Origin: an uncultured Gammaproteobacteria bacterium
Lineage (GTDB): Bacteria; Pseudomonadota; Gammaproteobacteria; DRLM01
Length of the DNA stretch: 64,000 nt
Assembly: GCA_963729605.1 (NCBI GenBank)
Contig: CAVSNY010000003.1
Location: 96,001 to 160,000, forward strand
Reading direction: 5' to 3'
Part shown: in pieces, positions 1 through 10,972 of the stretch
Numbering within the stretch: the first letter of the stretch is position 1
How the letters are laid out: each line of letters begins with the position of its first letter
Made by a program: the position numbers and the translations under genes
The notes under the pieces: generated by a model
What the model saw: only the letters and a program-made list of their open reading frames with translations
Databases searched by the model: none
Told to the model about the DNA's origin: nothing

Positions 1-888
1 GTAGTTTGGAGGGCGGGCTCAACGATGCCGCCGAGTTGTTGGAGATGGCGGGCGAGGAGGACGACGAGACCGCCGTGTCCGAGGTGTCCGCCGATCTGGA
101 AAAGATGGAGCAGCGCCTCGCCGCCCTGGAATTCCGCCGGATGTTCTCCGGCGAGATGGACCCCAACAACGCCTTCGTCGATATCCAGTCCGGTTCCGGC
201 GGCACCGAGGCGCAGGACTGGGCCAATATGCTGCTGCGCATGTATCTGCGCTGGGGCGAACGGCGCGGCTTCAAGACCGAGATCATCGAGCTTCTCCGAG
301 GGCGAGGTGGCCGGCATCAAAAGCGCCACGGTGCGTTTCGAAGGCGAATACGCCTACGGCTGGCTACGGACCGAGACCGGCGTGCACCGCTTGGTGCGCA
401 AGTCGCCTTTCGATTCCGGCAATCGCCGCCACACCTCGTTCGCCTCGGTGTTCGTCTCGCCGGAAGTGGACGACGATATCGACATCGAGATCAATCCGGC
501 CGACATCACCGTCGATACCTACCGCGCCAGCGGCGCCGGCGGTCAGCACGTCAACAAGACCGAATCGGCGATCCGCATCACCCACGCGCCGAGCGGCATC
601 GTGGTGGCCTGTCAGAGTGACCGTTCGCAGCACAAGAACCGCGCCACCGCCATGAAACAGCTCAAGGCCAAGCTTTACGAATTGGAGTTGCTTAAGCGGC
701 AAGCCGAAAGCCAGAAGCTGGAAGACAACAAGGCCGACATCGGCTGGGGCAGCCAGATCCGTTCCTACGTGTTGGACCAGTCGCGCATCAAGGATCTGCG
801 CACCGGGGTGGAGACCGGCAATACCCAGGCGGTATTGGACGGCGATTTGGACGATTTCATCGAGGCCAGTTTGAAGAGCGGCCTGTAA
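1..888 (+). CDS. prfB: Peptide chain release factor 2 (5'-truncated by window; apparent +1 indel at ~291-294)
   Basis: ORF 6..620 gives [30 protein letters not shown] and ORF 25..888 continues [36 protein letters not shown]; followed by lysS. Confidence 0.95.
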   Translation, partial: VVWRAGSTMPPSCWRWRARRTTRPPCPRCPPIWKRWSSASPPWNSAGCSPARWTPTTPSSISSPVPAAPRRRTGPICCCACICAGANGAASRPRSSSFSEGEVAGIKSATVRFEGEYAYGWLRTETGVHRLVRKSPFDSGNRRHTSFASVFVSPEVDDDIDIEINPADITVDTYRASGAGGQHVNKTESAIRITHAPSGIVVACQSDRSQHKNRATAMKQLKAKLYELELLKRQAESQKLEDNKADIGWGSQIRSYVLDQSRIKDLRTGVETGNTQAVLDGDLDDFIEASLKSGL

Positions 889-896
889 AATTAAAT

Positions 897-975
897 GTAG
901 GGTGGGTTAGGCGCGCCGTTTGCGCCGTAACCCGCCAAGTCAAATCCGCTGGGTTACGCCGGCCAACCCATGCTA
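897..975 (+). repeat. GTAG-type REP palindrome with a degenerate inverted partner
   Basis: GTAGGGTGGGTTAG..GTAACCCGCC then GGGTTAC..AACCCA; similar to 2504, 4921, 59689, 62551. Confidence 0.7.
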
Positions 976-989
976 ATGGTTAATCCGAA

Positions 990-2498
990 ATGACCGAACA
1001 AAACAATCAAACCGAATCAGCCCAAGACGAACATGCTTTGATCGCGCAACGCCGCGCCAAGTTGGCGACGTTGCGCGAACAAGGCGGCGCCTTTCCCGTG
1101 GACTTCCGCCGCAACGTGGTGGCGGGCGAGCTGCACGCCGAATACGGCGACAAGGACGCCGATTATCTGGAAGCGAATCCGCTGCGCGTGAAGGTCGCGG
1201 GGCGCATGATGGCCAAGCGCCTCATGGGCAAGGCCAGCTTCACCCAGTTGCTCGACATGTCCGGCCGCATCCAGTTGTTCATCCAGCGCGACGCCTTGCC
1301 CGAGGGCGTGTACGAGGCCTTCAAGAGCTGGGACGTCGGCGACATCCTCGGCGCCGAGGGCGTGTTGTTCCGCACCAAGACCGGCGAGCTGTCGGTGAAG
1401 GTGGATCAGCTACGCCTGCTCACCAAATCGCTGCGGCCCTTGCCCGACAAATGGCACGGCCTGTCCGACACCGAGCAGCGTTACCGTCAGCGCTATGTCG
1501 ATCTCATCATGAACGAAGTGGCGCGCAAGACGTTTCAGACGCGCACCGCCATCGTCAATTACATCCGAAATTTTCTCAACACGCGAGGTTTCCTCGAAGT
1601 CGAGACACCGATGATGCAGGTGATACCGGGCGGCGCCACGGCGAAACCCTTCGTCACTTTTCACAATGCGCTCGACATGGAGCTGTTCCTGCGCGTCGCG
1701 CCGGAGTTGTATTTGAAGCGTCTGGTGGTCGGTGGTTTCGAGAAGGTTTACGAGATCAACCGTAACTTCCGCAACGAAGGGTTATCGACGCGCCACAACC
1801 CCGAGTTCACCATGCTCGAGTTCTACGAGGCCTACGCGGATTATCGCGACCTGATGGACCTCACCGAGATTTTGCTGCGCGGCATGGCGCAGGACCTGCT
1901 CGGCGCCACCACCATCACCTATCAAGGCGAACAATACGACTTCGGCAAGCCTTTCGAACGTATGACGGTGAAGGAGTCCATCCTGCGCTTCAATCCGGAT
2001 TTGAATACGGCGGACCTCGACGATGTGTCACATGCGCGCCGGGTCGCGGAACGTTTGGGCATCCCCCTGAAAAACGGCTGGGGCCTCGGCAAGGTGCAGA
2101 TCGAAATCTTCGAAAAGACCGTCGAGTCGCGCCTCAAGGACCCGACCTTCATCACCGCCTATCCCACCGAGGTCTCGCCGCTCGCGCGGCGCAACGACGC
2201 CGATCCCAGCGTCACCGACCGCTTCGAGTTCTTCGTCGGTGGCCGCGAGATCGCCAACGGCTTCTCGGAGCTCAACGACGCCGAGGACCAGGCCGAACGT
2301 TTCCGCAAGCAGGTTCAGGACAAAGACGCCGGCGACGAAGAGGCCATGCACTTCGACGAGGACTACATCACCGCCCTCGAGCACGGCCTGCCGCCGACCG
2401 CGGGCGAGGGCATCGGCATCGACCGCCTGGTGATGCTGTTCACCGACTCGCCGTCGATCCGAGACGTGCTGCTGTTCCCGCACATGCGGCACAAATAA
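990..2498 (+). CDS. lysS: Lysine--tRNA ligase
   Basis: OB fold plus class II motifs [27 protein letters not shown]. Confidence 0.98.
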   Translation: MTEQNNQTESAQDEHALIAQRRAKLATLREQGGAFPVDFRRNVVAGELHAEYGDKDADYLEANPLRVKVAGRMMAKRLMGKASFTQLLDMSGRIQLFIQRDALPEGVYEAFKSWDVGDILGAEGVLFRTKTGELSVKVDQLRLLTKSLRPLPDKWHGLSDTEQRYRQRYVDLIMNEVARKTFQTRTAIVNYIRNFLNTRGFLEVETPMMQVIPGGATAKPFVTFHNALDMELFLRVAPELYLKRLVVGGFEKVYEINRNFRNEGLSTRHNPEFTMLEFYEAYADYRDLMDLTEILLRGMAQDLLGATTITYQGEQYDFGKPFERMTVKESILRFNPDLNTADLDDVSHARRVAERLGIPLKNGWGLGKVQIEIFEKTVESRLKDPTFITAYPTEVSPLARRNDADPSVTDRFEFFVGGREIANGFSELNDAEDQAERFRKQVQDKDAGDEEAMHFDEDYITALEHGLPPTAGEGIGIDRLVMLFTDSPSIRDVLLFPHMRHK

Positions 2499-2503
2499 TT
2501 CGT

Positions 2504-2537
2504 GCAGGGTGGGTGAGGCCGAAGGCCGTAACCCACC
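2504..2537 (+). repeat. GCAG/GTAG-type REP palindrome
   Basis: GCAGGGTGGGTGAGGCCGAAGGCCGTAACCCACC just after the lysS stop. Confidence 0.65.
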
Positions 2538-2586
2538 AAACCGCGCCCTAGGCGCACGGTATGTTTTTTCCCGGAAGCCGCGTCCG

Positions 2587-3183
2587 CTAGTCCGCCGCCT
2601 TGAGCGCCCGCGCCAAGTGGTTCAAGGCCGCGAGCACCTTATCGACCGACTGCGCCGCCTTCGCGTCTTTCAGCGCGCCGGCCTCGTCGAAGGCGTCATT
2701 GGCCCTGCTCAACGCGAACTGCTGCGGCGCGACGATCATCGCAAAGGCCATCTGCAGATACTGGCGCAGAAAGTTCATGGCCCGTAAGCCGCCCAGCGCG
2801 CCCGGCGAGGCGGCCATCAGTCCGGCCGGTTTGTTGGCGGTGGCCGCTAGACCGCTGGGGCGCGCCGCCGTTTCGGGAATACGCGACAACCAGTCGAAGG
2901 CATTGATCACCAGCGGCGTCGGAAAGCCGTTGTATTCCGGTGTGACGATGAGCACGGCGTCACAGTCCAACAGCGCCCGGTGCAAGCGGTGCGCGCCGTC
3001 CGGAATGCCGGAGGCGGCCTCGTTGTCGCCGTCGTAAACCGGCAGGTTCAATTCCCGCAGATCAAACTCCATTGTTTCGATGCCCGCCGCGCGCGCCTTC
3101 GCCGCCGCCGCCGCGGCCAATTTGTGATTCAACGAGCCCTTGCGGACACTGCCGGGAATGATGAGCAATTTGTTACTGGACAT
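2587..3183 (-). CDS. NAD(P)H-dependent FMN reductase (flavodoxin-like)
   Basis: GSVRKGSLN, TPEYNG, DWLSR, SPGALGG motifs; start taken at MSSNK. Confidence 0.9.
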   Translation of the reverse strand: MSSNKLLIIPGSVRKGSLNHKLAAAAAAKARAAGIETMEFDLRELNLPVYDGDNEAASGIPDGAHRLHRALLDCDAVLIVTPEYNGFPTPLVINAFDWLSRIPETAARPSGLAATANKPAGLMAASPGALGGLRAMNFLRQYLQMAFAMIVAPQQFALSRANDAFDEAGALKDAKAAQSVDKVLAALNHLARALKAAD

Positions 3184-3388
3184 GCGCGGTCTCCGTGGAT
3201 TGGGGATCAAGGTATTCAGAGGTTCCCGCGGCACAGGGATGTGCCGCCATTTTCAATGGTGTCAGCCATTGAAAATGAAAGGAAGCGAAAATCACCTTTT
3301 CGCTGCTCGTGCTCTGAAAATTCCAGGATGGAATTATATTCAGAGCTTCCTTAAGCATAACCCACCCGCCACGCGGGCGGTGTCTGGG

Positions 3389-3733
3389 TCAGATTGCCTC
3401 GCCAAATTTGAGCAGGTTCCCGTGCGGATCTATCACGTACAGCTCTTTCATCCCCCAGGCCCGCACCGCGGGTGTTTGAAGCGCCAATCCCCGCGCCCGA
3501 AATTCTTCGTACAAGGCCTGAGTATTCGCCACCCGCACATAACACGAGGTGTGCTCCGCGATGTGCCGTTCGCCGCACAGCCAGAAATGAATCTCGGCGC
3601 CGTCGCGGCTGACGATCAGGTAATTATCCGTTTGCAATGCGTTTATGAAACCGAGTCGTTCCGTGTAAAACGAGGCGCTCTCGCCGATATCGAGCGACGC
3701 CAGCACGGGAACGGTGCCGTGGATCAGTTTCAT
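3389..3733 (-). CDS. VOC/bleomycin-resistance family protein
   Basis: FYTERLGF..WGMKELYVIDPHGNLLKFG. Confidence 0.85.
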   Translation of the reverse strand: MKLIHGTVPVLASLDIGESASFYTERLGFINALQTDNYLIVSRDGAEIHFWLCGERHIAEHTSCYVRVANTQALYEEFRARGLALQTPAVRAWGMKELYVIDPHGNLLKFGEAI

Positions 3734-3808
3734 GGAAGGACTCGTCAAATGGGGGTTGGATAGGGCGCCGTGCAAATTATCGCTTACGTCATGCGTCTCT
3801 CATACTTA

Positions 3809-4672
3809 TCACTGCGCCTCGTCGGCCGGGTCATTTTTCGCCGCCCAGCGCCGCCGTTCCGCTTCCTCGCGCGCCGCCTCGATTTCCTTCAACACGGCGT
3901 CGATGTCGGCCAGCGCTTCGTCGCGCTCGAAGCGGCCGGTCAGATGCACGTCGGGGTGGAGCAGGCCGCTCTCGTATATTTCCCAGATTTCCCGGCCATA
4001 ATCGGTGGTCAGAATAGCGGGCGCGTAGCGGCCGAAATACATTGCCAGGTTTTCAACGTCGCGCAACAGCATGCGGCAGGCGTTATTATTGCCGGCGGCG
4101 TCCACCGCCTGAGGCAGGTCGATGATCACCGGCCCGTTCTCGTCGACCAGTACATTGTATTCCGACAAATCGCCGTGAATGACCCCGGCGCAGAGCATGC
4201 GCACCACCTCAAGGACCAACCGGCGATGATATTCCTCGGCGAGTGCCGGTGTGAATTCCAGGTCGTTGAGCCGCGGCGCGGCCTGGCCATCCGCGCCGGC
4301 CACCAGTTCCATCAGTAATACGCCGTCGAAATAGCCGTAAGGCTGCGGGACGCGCACGCCCGCCGCGGCCAGCCGGTACAAGGCATCGACCTCGGCGTTC
4401 TGCCATGCCTCTTCCGCCTCTTTGCGGCCGTAACGGCTGCTCTTTTCCATGGCGCGGGCCTGCCGGCTGTTGCGCACCCGGCGTCCTTCCTGGTATTGGG
4501 CATGGCTACGGAAACCGCGTTGATTGGCCTCCTTGTATACCTTGGCGCAGCGGATGTGGTCTCCGCTGCGGACGACGAAGACCGACGCTTCCTTGCCGCT
4601 TTTGAGCTGGCGGAGCACTTCGTCGACTATGCCGTCGTCAACCAGGGGTTGGATGCTTTTGGGAATCTTCAT
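3809..4672 (-). CDS. RIO1-like Ser/Thr protein kinase (PA4780 family)
   Basis: LKSGKEASVF, CAKVYK, IHGDLSEYNVL, IIDLPQAV. Confidence 0.9.
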   Translation of the reverse strand: MKIPKSIQPLVDDGIVDEVLRQLKSGKEASVFVVRSGDHIRCAKVYKEANQRGFRSHAQYQEGRRVRNSRQARAMEKSSRYGRKEAEEAWQNAEVDALYRLAAAGVRVPQPYGYFDGVLLMELVAGADGQAAPRLNDLEFTPALAEEYHRRLVLEVVRMLCAGVIHGDLSEYNVLVDENGPVIIDLPQAVDAAGNNNACRMLLRDVENLAMYFGRYAPAILTTDYGREIWEIYESGLLHPDVHLTGRFERDEALADIDAVLKEIEAAREEAERRRWAAKNDPADEAQ

Positions 4673-4920
4673 GGCCGCCCTTATACACGAGCCGGCCGGA
4701 AACGGCCATGGCGCGACGGCGCCTGGTCCGTAAACCCTGTCCGTGCATGATAATAATCCTGGGCCGGGTGCATCATGATCGGAATTCATGGTTGAGGCGG
4801 CGGCGCGACGCAGCCGCTCGTGGTATCAAGGTGACTGTTGGCGCAGCGTGACCCACCCCATCCGCGCCGTCAGGCGCGCCCTTTGTGATGATCGATTGAC
4901 GAGCCGCCGCGCGACAGCGC

Positions 4921-4957
4921 GGTAGGTTACGTTGCGGGTGCGGCTAACCCAGCCTGC
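4921..4957 (-). repeat. GCAG-type REP palindrome
   Basis: Reverse complement GCAGGCTGGGTTAGCC..GTAACCTACC. Confidence 0.55.
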
Positions 4958-5052
4958 ATCATTTTAAAATGGAAATTGCAGGGTAATTTCATGCTGAAAT
5001 GAAAAATGGATTTTCAGGAAGCGCTTTGAAAGCGCATCAGGCCGTAGAAATT

Positions 5053-5898
5053 CTATCCCCGCAACAAGGCCTGCGCCTCCCGCAATTCCCCCTGCGCCTC
5101 TTCCATCGCCTTCATGCTTTCTTCCGGGGTCATGCCCAGCCGTTCGAAGGCGGGGATGGTGTCCCAGTCGATTTTCGCGAGGCGGTGCTGGGTGCCGATG
5201 TAGCTGTGGAGATTGGCGACGATCACCACGTCCACGTATTCCACCGGACCTTCGCGCTTGAGGGTGATGTCTTCGTGTTCGGCGGCGACGTTGACGATTT
5301 CGGGAGGGAAGCTCCACTCTTCGAGCACCGTCGGTCCGACCATGGTGTGCAGGCGGCGCATCACGGTTTCCAGCGCGGCGGTGTCGCTCAATAATTCGGG
5401 GTGGAGTTCGACGCGGCTCAGCACCGGCAAGACGCCGATGTCGTGCACCAGACCGGCCAGCAGGGCGTGGTCGGGCCGCAGATCGGTGAAGTGCTTGCAG
5501 ATGACTTGGCTCAAGGTCGCCACTTTCGTGCTGTGTTGCCACAGGTTCTTCATATAATTTTTGATCAGCGGGTGGGTGGTCTGTGATTGATAGAGTTGTT
5601 CCATCACCAGACTGGTCACCAGATTGCGGATCATGTCGGTGCCCAGCCGGGTGATGGCGACCCGCAAATTGTCGATGGGCGAGCTGCCGCGATAGGCCGG
5701 GCTGTTGACCACTTTCAGCAGACGCGCCGACAGCGCCATGTCCATATTGATGAGCTTTTCCACCTGGCCGGCGGTGACGTGGGGGTCTTGCACGAGCTTG
5801 CGCACCCGCATGGCCACCTCGGGGAGGGTGGGCAGGGTGATGCGGTTGGCGTTGAGGTCTTCGAGAAACCCCGAGAGGAAACGTTTTTCCAATTCCAT
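5053..5898 (-). CDS. HDOD domain protein
   Basis: LPTLPEVAM, LLKVVNSPAY, AGLVHDIG; beside ygfZ as in Pseudomonas synteny. Confidence 0.9.
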   Translation of the reverse strand: MELEKRFLSGFLEDLNANRITLPTLPEVAMRVRKLVQDPHVTAGQVEKLINMDMALSARLLKVVNSPAYRGSSPIDNLRVAITRLGTDMIRNLVTSLVMEQLYQSQTTHPLIKNYMKNLWQHSTKVATLSQVICKHFTDLRPDHALLAGLVHDIGVLPVLSRVELHPELLSDTAALETVMRRLHTMVGPTVLEEWSFPPEIVNVAAEHEDITLKREGPVEYVDVVIVANLHSYIGTQHRLAKIDWDTIPAFERLGMTPEESMKAMEEAQGELREAQALLRG

Positions 5899-6088
5899 GT
5901 CAGCCGATTCCTAGTGCACCTATTACGAAGTTTAGTATCGGCGGCGGCATGGATTTCTTCACTGGGGGCCAAGGGCCGGGCGGAAGGTCGCCGGGCGTCC
6001 CTTGCGAAGGGGCGAATGTTGGAACCTCAAAATCGATTGTGAGAATAATCGGCGGGTGTGATCATCCCCACGTTATTCGCCGACGAAC

Positions 6089-6182
6089 GCGGGCGGCGGT
6101 TAACTCGGCGCCCTCACCACGGCGGGTGGCGGTTAGCTTGGCGCCCTCACCCCTGCCCCTCTCCCGCCCGCGGGAGAGGGGT
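6089..6182. repeat. 30-bp direct duplication running into a CCCTCTCCC..GGGAGAGGG hairpin element
   Basis: 6089-6118 GCGGGCGGCGGTTAACTCGGCGCCCTCACC vs 6122-6151 GCGGGTGGCGGTTAGCTTGGCGCCCTCACC; then CCCCTCTCCCGCCCGCGGGAGAGGGG. Confidence 0.75.
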
Positions 6183-6357
6183 TAGTAATGGATCAGTTGG
6201 TTCGAAATACCCCGCGGCTTGTTGCGGGGACTTGGGCGATGGGTTTTTAAAGGAAGCGGTGCGGCGCTCCCCTTTGGTTTTGCCCGCGGGGACCATGCCT
6301 CGCGGGCGCTCTAATGTGACCCGAGGTTTATATTTCAACTTTTGAGATGGGTTCTAA

Positions 6358-7455
6358 TTAATCGCCGCCGGCATCGAGCGCATAAGGCAGCGGCAAGCGG
6401 CGGCAAAGCGGACCGTCATGGCCGCCCAGCCGCAATTCACCCTCGGCGCCGGCATCGAGGTGCAACACCGCCAGCAGTTCGCTGCCGCCGTCGGGCGACG
6501 CTTGGGCGCGCACCACGCCGCCCGCGCTTTCGTCGCCGCGCAGCGCGGAGTGAAAGAGCGGGGTGGCGGGCGGGGGCGGTGTGTCCTGCTCGCAATGCAG
6601 CCGAAACATCCGGCGTTTGAGTTTGCCGAGATAATGCATGCGGGCGACCACCTCCTGGCCGGTGTAACAGCCTTTTTTGAAGCTGATGCCGTCGAGCAAA
6701 TCGAGGTTGAGCATCTGCGGCACGAAGGCGTCGCTGGTCTCGGGGTAGACGCAGGGCAGCCCGGCTTGAATGTCGAGATACTCCCACGGCCCGGCGCCCA
6801 CCGGCGCGGCGTGGACATGAAGTTTTCGCCAGAGCGCTTGCAGCGGTGCGAGTTCGCCGCACAGTTCGAAGCGCGCATGGCCGCCCGCCACACGGATCAC
6901 GCTGACGCCGCCGCTGTGGACCACGTCGTTCACCGCCGCGGGCAGGTCGGTGTTCAGCGCGTCGCGCAGATGCGCGCCGCCGCGCGGATCGGAATAACCG
7001 ATATGCACCCAGCCGGTAACCGTCTCGAGGGCGACCTTGCTCATCATGATGTATTTGCGCAGACGGGCGAGGGTCGGTTCTAAGAGCGCGGTGGGCAGAA
7101 TGAGGTAATAGCTATCGTCGCGGCGGAAAAAGCGGGTGACCGCCAGCGCCCGGCCTTTGGGGCTGCAATAGGCGCTGAGTCGGCTCTGGTCGTTGCCGAG
7201 CGCGCGGAGATCGCTGGTGAACTGGCCCTGCAAAAATTTTTCCGCGTCGTTGCCCTGCGCGGAGACCAGCGCAAAGTGGGAGAGGTCGGCGATGATCTCG
7301 CCGGAGACGGCGATCTGGATTTCCTGCGCCGGGTTGCCGAAGTGTTGCACGCGGCCCGCGGTGATCGACGCACCGGTGCTCTCCAGCAAGGCGCGCCATT
7401 CCTCCGGCATATCGTAAGTCTGTGTTTCGCTCATAAGAAAATTCATCCTGGCCAT
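6358..7455 (-). CDS. ygfZ: Folate-binding Fe-S/tRNA-modification protein YgfZ
   Basis: FLQGQFTSD, signature KGCYTGQEVVAR; true start may be MSETQ. Confidence 0.95.
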   Translation of the reverse strand: MARMNFLMSETQTYDMPEEWRALLESTGASITAGRVQHFGNPAQEIQIAVSGEIIADLSHFALVSAQGNDAEKFLQGQFTSDLRALGNDQSRLSAYCSPKGRALAVTRFFRRDDSYYLILPTALLEPTLARLRKYIMMSKVALETVTGWVHIGYSDPRGGAHLRDALNTDLPAAVNDVVHSGGVSVIRVAGGHARFELCGELAPLQALWRKLHVHAAPVGAGPWEYLDIQAGLPCVYPETSDAFVPQMLNLDLLDGISFKKGCYTGQEVVARMHYLGKLKRRMFRLHCEQDTPPPPATPLFHSALRGDESAGGVVRAQASPDGGSELLAVLHLDAGAEGELRLGGHDGPLCRRLPLPYALDAGGD

Positions 7456-7519
7456 TGCAATCGGGTACGTGGAGCATAATACTAGATCAACGGCAGGAGA
7501 TGGCTATACCACGATTTGT

Positions 7520-7903
7520 ATGCCTAACAAAAACGACCGACCGGTTTTTCTCGATCTGACGCGTATTCACATGCCCGTCAACGCCCTGGTGTCGATTGCG
7601 CATCGCCTGTCCGGTCTGCTGCTGTTTCTCGCCATTCCCTTGGTGATCTTCGTTCTGAGCCTGTCGTTGCGCGACGAAAACGGCTACGCGCAAGCGCGGG
7701 CCTTGCTCGACGGCGGGGCGATGAAACTGCTCGCCCTGCTGGTGTGTTGGGCCTTGGCCCATCATCTGTTGGCCGGTCTGCGTTTTCTGCTCATCGATCT
7801 CGGCGTGGGTGTGGATCGCGACTCCTCGCGGCGCAGCGCCTGGCTGGTCAACATCGTCAGCGGGATCGCCCTGCTCGTGCTGGGAGGCATCCTGTTTTCG
7901 TGA
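7520..7903 (+). CDS. sdhC: Succinate dehydrogenase cytochrome b556 subunit
   Basis: [28 protein letters not shown]; 3 TM segments. Confidence 0.93.
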   Translation: MPNKNDRPVFLDLTRIHMPVNALVSIAHRLSGLLLFLAIPLVIFVLSLSLRDENGYAQARALLDGGAMKLLALLVCWALAHHLLAGLRFLLIDLGVGVDRDSSRRSAWLVNIVSGIALLVLGGILFS

Positions 7904-8235
7904 TCTCGCGATCTCATGGGTTGAAGGCCTGGCTGATTCAGCGCCTGAGCGCCGTCTACATGGCGGTGTATTTGGCTGGCGCGATCTTTTGTCTCGTCGT
8001 TTCGCCGCCGCAGGATTATCCGCAATGGAGAGCCTTGATCGCCGCCCCGGCCGTGAGCGTGGCGACCCTGCTGTTCTTCGGCATGTTGCTGGTCCACGCC
8101 TGGGTGGGGATACGCGATGTGGTGATGGATTACGTTCACGTCTACGCCTTGCGTTTCGTATTGCTGGCGCTGGTGGCCGGCGGACTGGTGGTCATGGGGG
8201 TGTGGGTGCTGCAAGTGATAGCGGGGATCTGGTAA
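7900..8235 (+). CDS. sdhD: Succinate dehydrogenase membrane anchor
   Basis: GTG overlapping the sdhC stop; [21 protein letters not shown]. Confidence 0.93.
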   Translation: MISRSHGLKAWLIQRLSAVYMAVYLAGAIFCLVVSPPQDYPQWRALIAAPAVSVATLLFFGMLLVHAWVGIRDVVMDYVHVYALRFVLLALVAGGLVVMGVWVLQVIAGIW

Positions 8236-10007
8236 TGGAAATCAAGAGCGCGGTGCCGCGGCGGCGCTTCGATACCCTGGTGATCGGCGCGGGCGGCGGC
8301 GGTTTGCGCGCCGCGCTGCAATTGTCGCAGGCCGAGGCCACCGTGGCGGTGGTATCGAAAGTGTTCCCCACCCGTTCGCATACCGTGGCGGCGCAGGGCG
8401 GCATCAACGCCGCGCTGGGCAATGTCGGGCCGGACAACTGGCACTGGCATATGTACGACACGGTGAAGGGCAGCGATTATCTCGGCGACCAGGACGCCAT
8501 CGAATACATGTGCCGCGCCGCCTCGCGGCTGGTGGTGGAATTGGAACATGCGGGTGTGCCGTTTTCCCGGCTCGACAATGGCAAGATTTATCAGCGCGCC
8601 TTCGGCGGGCAGAGCCGGAACTTCGGCGGCGAACAGGCGGCGCGCACCTGCGCGGCGGCCGATCGTACCGGCCACGCCATCCTGCATTCGCTGTATCAGC
8701 AGAACATCCGCGCCAAGACCCATTTCTTCGACGAATATTACGCCATCGATCTCATCAAGGACGAGGAAGGTTACATCCTCGGCGCCGTAGTGTTGGAGAT
8801 CGAGACCGGCGAACCGCTGGTGATCGAGGCCAAGACGACTTTATTGGCGACCGGTGGCGTGGGGCGGCTGTTCCGCAACAACACCAATGCGCGCATCAAC
8901 ACCGGCGACGGCATGGGCATGGTGCTGCGCGCCGGCATTCCGCTCGAGGACATGGAGTTCTTCCAGTTCCATCCCACCGGCATCGCCGGCAAGGGCATGC
9001 TGATCAGCGAGGCGGTGCGCGGCGAGGGTGGTTATCTGCTCAACAAAGACGGCGAGCGTTTCATGGAACGCTACGCGCCCAAGGCCAAGGACCTCGCCAG
9101 CCGCGACGTGGTGAGCCGCGCCATCGCCACCGAGGTGCGCGAGGGCCGCGGCTGCGGACCGGAAGGCGATTATATTTTGTTGAAAGTCGACCACCTCGGC
9201 GAGAAGGTGATCAACAAGCGCCTGCCCGGCATCCGCGACATGGTGCAGACCTTTTTGCATATCGATCCGTCGAAGCAGGCCATCCCCGTATTCCCCACCG
9301 CGCATTACACCATGGGCGGCATCCCCACCAATCGTTACGGCGAAGTGGTGACGGGTGTCAACGGCGCCGAGGACGTGGTGCCGGGGTTGTACGCGGTGGG
9401 CGAGTGCGCCTGCGTGTCGGTGCATGGCGCCAACCGCCTCGGCGGCAATTCGCTGCTGGATATCGTGGTGTTCGGCCGCGCGGCGGGCAATCGCATCATC
9501 GAATATCTGGGTGATCACCGTTATCACCGGCCGGTGAGCGAGGCGGCGGTCGAGCGGGCGCTGGCGCGTTTGGCGCGCTGGGATCAAAAGGGCGACGGTG
9601 AATCGGTGGCGCAATTGCGCAACGAGTTGCAGCGCGCCATGGAACACTACTGCGGTGTGTTCCGCACCGAAGACGTGTTGCGCGAGGGTTTGGAAAAGGT
9701 CCGGCAGATCGAACGGCGGCTGCCGGACGCCCGTTTGCAGGATCACAGCAAGGTGTTCAATACCGCGCGCATCGAGGCCTTCGAACTGGAAAATCTGGTG
9801 GACGCCGGCTTGGCCACCGTGAGCGCGGCGCTGGCCCGTCACGAAAGCCGCGGCGCCCATTCCCGCATTGATTATCCGGCGCGCGACGACGTGAACTGGC
9901 TGAAGCACTCGCTGTATTTCAAGGAAGGCGGCCGCCTCGATTACAAGCCGGTGCGCCTGCAGCCGTTAACCGTGGAGCCGTTCCCGCCCAAGGCGCGGGT
10001 GTATTAG
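8235..10007 (+). CDS. sdhA: Succinate dehydrogenase flavoprotein
   Basis: [32 protein letters not shown]. Confidence 0.98.
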   Translation: MEIKSAVPRRRFDTLVIGAGGGGLRAALQLSQAEATVAVVSKVFPTRSHTVAAQGGINAALGNVGPDNWHWHMYDTVKGSDYLGDQDAIEYMCRAASRLVVELEHAGVPFSRLDNGKIYQRAFGGQSRNFGGEQAARTCAAADRTGHAILHSLYQQNIRAKTHFFDEYYAIDLIKDEEGYILGAVVLEIETGEPLVIEAKTTLLATGGVGRLFRNNTNARINTGDGMGMVLRAGIPLEDMEFFQFHPTGIAGKGMLISEAVRGEGGYLLNKDGERFMERYAPKAKDLASRDVVSRAIATEVREGRGCGPEGDYILLKVDHLGEKVINKRLPGIRDMVQTFLHIDPSKQAIPVFPTAHYTMGGIPTNRYGEVVTGVNGAEDVVPGLYAVGECACVSVHGANRLGGNSLLDIVVFGRAAGNRIIEYLGDHRYHRPVSEAAVERALARLARWDQKGDGESVAQLRNELQRAMEHYCGVFRTEDVLREGLEKVRQIERRLPDARLQDHSKVFNTARIEAFELENLVDAGLATVSAALARHESRGAHSRIDYPARDDVNWLKHSLYFKEGGRLDYKPVRLQPLTVEPFPPKARVY

Positions 10008-10070
10008 AGGAAAGAAATGGGCGTGAGTTAAGTGAGATTTCACGCGCCATGATTATTGATTAGCCCCGCC

Positions 10071-10145
10071 TTGAAGAGGCTGTAGTTGAAGATGTTGCAG
10101 TTGAAAAGGCGGTAGTTGAAAAGGCGGTAGTTGAAGAGGCCTGTA
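10071..10145. repeat. 15-bp tandem repeat, ~5 copies (TTGAAnAgGcgGTAG)
   Basis: ttgaagaggctgtag ttgaagatgttgcag ttgaaaaggcggtag ttgaaaaggcggtag ttgaagaggcctgta. Confidence 0.85.
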
Positions 10146-10152
10146 TTAGGCG

Positions 10153-10251
10153 TCCCCTCTCCCCTCGCGGGAGAGGGCCAGGGAGAGGGGGTGGATGGCA
10201 TGGTCGTGCTTGATCACCTCTCCCCAACCCTCTCCTTTCCAGGGCGAGGGG
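10153..10251. repeat. Inverted pair of CCCTCTCCC hairpin elements (REPIN-like doublet)
   Basis: CCCCTCTCCCCTCGCGGGAGAGGGCCAGGGAGAGGGG and CCTCTCCCCAACCCTCTCCTTTCCAGGGCGAGGGG. Confidence 0.75.
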
Positions 10252-10279
10252 ATATAGTTAAATCACAGTGGAGATAGAC

Positions 10280-10972
10280 ATGCGTTTTTCGATCTATCGT
10301 TACAATCCCGAGACCGATCGCGAGCCGCGCATGCAGCCTTTCGAGCTCGAGGTCGCGCCGGGCATGATGCTGCTCGAAGGGCTACTCAAGCTCAAGCAGG
10401 AAGACGAGACCTTGAGTTTCCGCCATTCCTGCGGCGAAGGGGTGTGCGGTTCCGACGGCATGAACATCAACGGCCGCAACGGTCTGGCATGCATCACGCC
10501 GCTGGCCGGATTGAAGGAGCCGGTGGAGATCCGGCCGTTGCCCGGCATGCCGGTGATCCGCGATCTGGTGGTGGACTTGAGTCAGTTCTATCATCAGTAC
10601 CGCTCCGTCAAACCGTGGCTCACGGTGCACGAGCCCGAGACCGAAGTCGAGTACCGGCAAAGCCCGGCCGAGCGCGACAAGCTGGACGGCCTGTACGAGT
10701 GCATCCTCTGCGCCTGTTGTTCCACCGCCTGTCCGTCGTTCTGGTGGAACCCGGATAAATTCCGCGGCCCCGCCGCGCTGTTGCAGGCCTACCGCTTTTT
10801 GGCGGACAGCCGCGACCAGGCCACCGCCGAACGCTTGAGCGATTTGGAAGGGCCCTACCGTTTGTTCCGTTGCCACACCATCATGAATTGCGTCGAGGTC
10901 TGTCCCAAGGGCCTCAATCCCACCAAGGCCATCGGCGAGATCAAAGAGCTGATGCTCAAACACATGATATGA
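10280..10972 (+). CDS. sdhB: Succinate dehydrogenase iron-sulfur subunit
   Basis: SCGEGVCGSDG, CILCACCSTACP, CHTIMNCVEVCP. Confidence 0.98.
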   Translation: MRFSIYRYNPETDREPRMQPFELEVAPGMMLLEGLLKLKQEDETLSFRHSCGEGVCGSDGMNINGRNGLACITPLAGLKEPVEIRPLPGMPVIRDLVVDLSQFYHQYRSVKPWLTVHEPETEVEYRQSPAERDKLDGLYECILCACCSTACPSFWWNPDKFRGPAALLQAYRFLADSRDQATAERLSDLEGPYRLFRCHTIMNCVEVCPKGLNPTKAIGEIKELMLKHMI

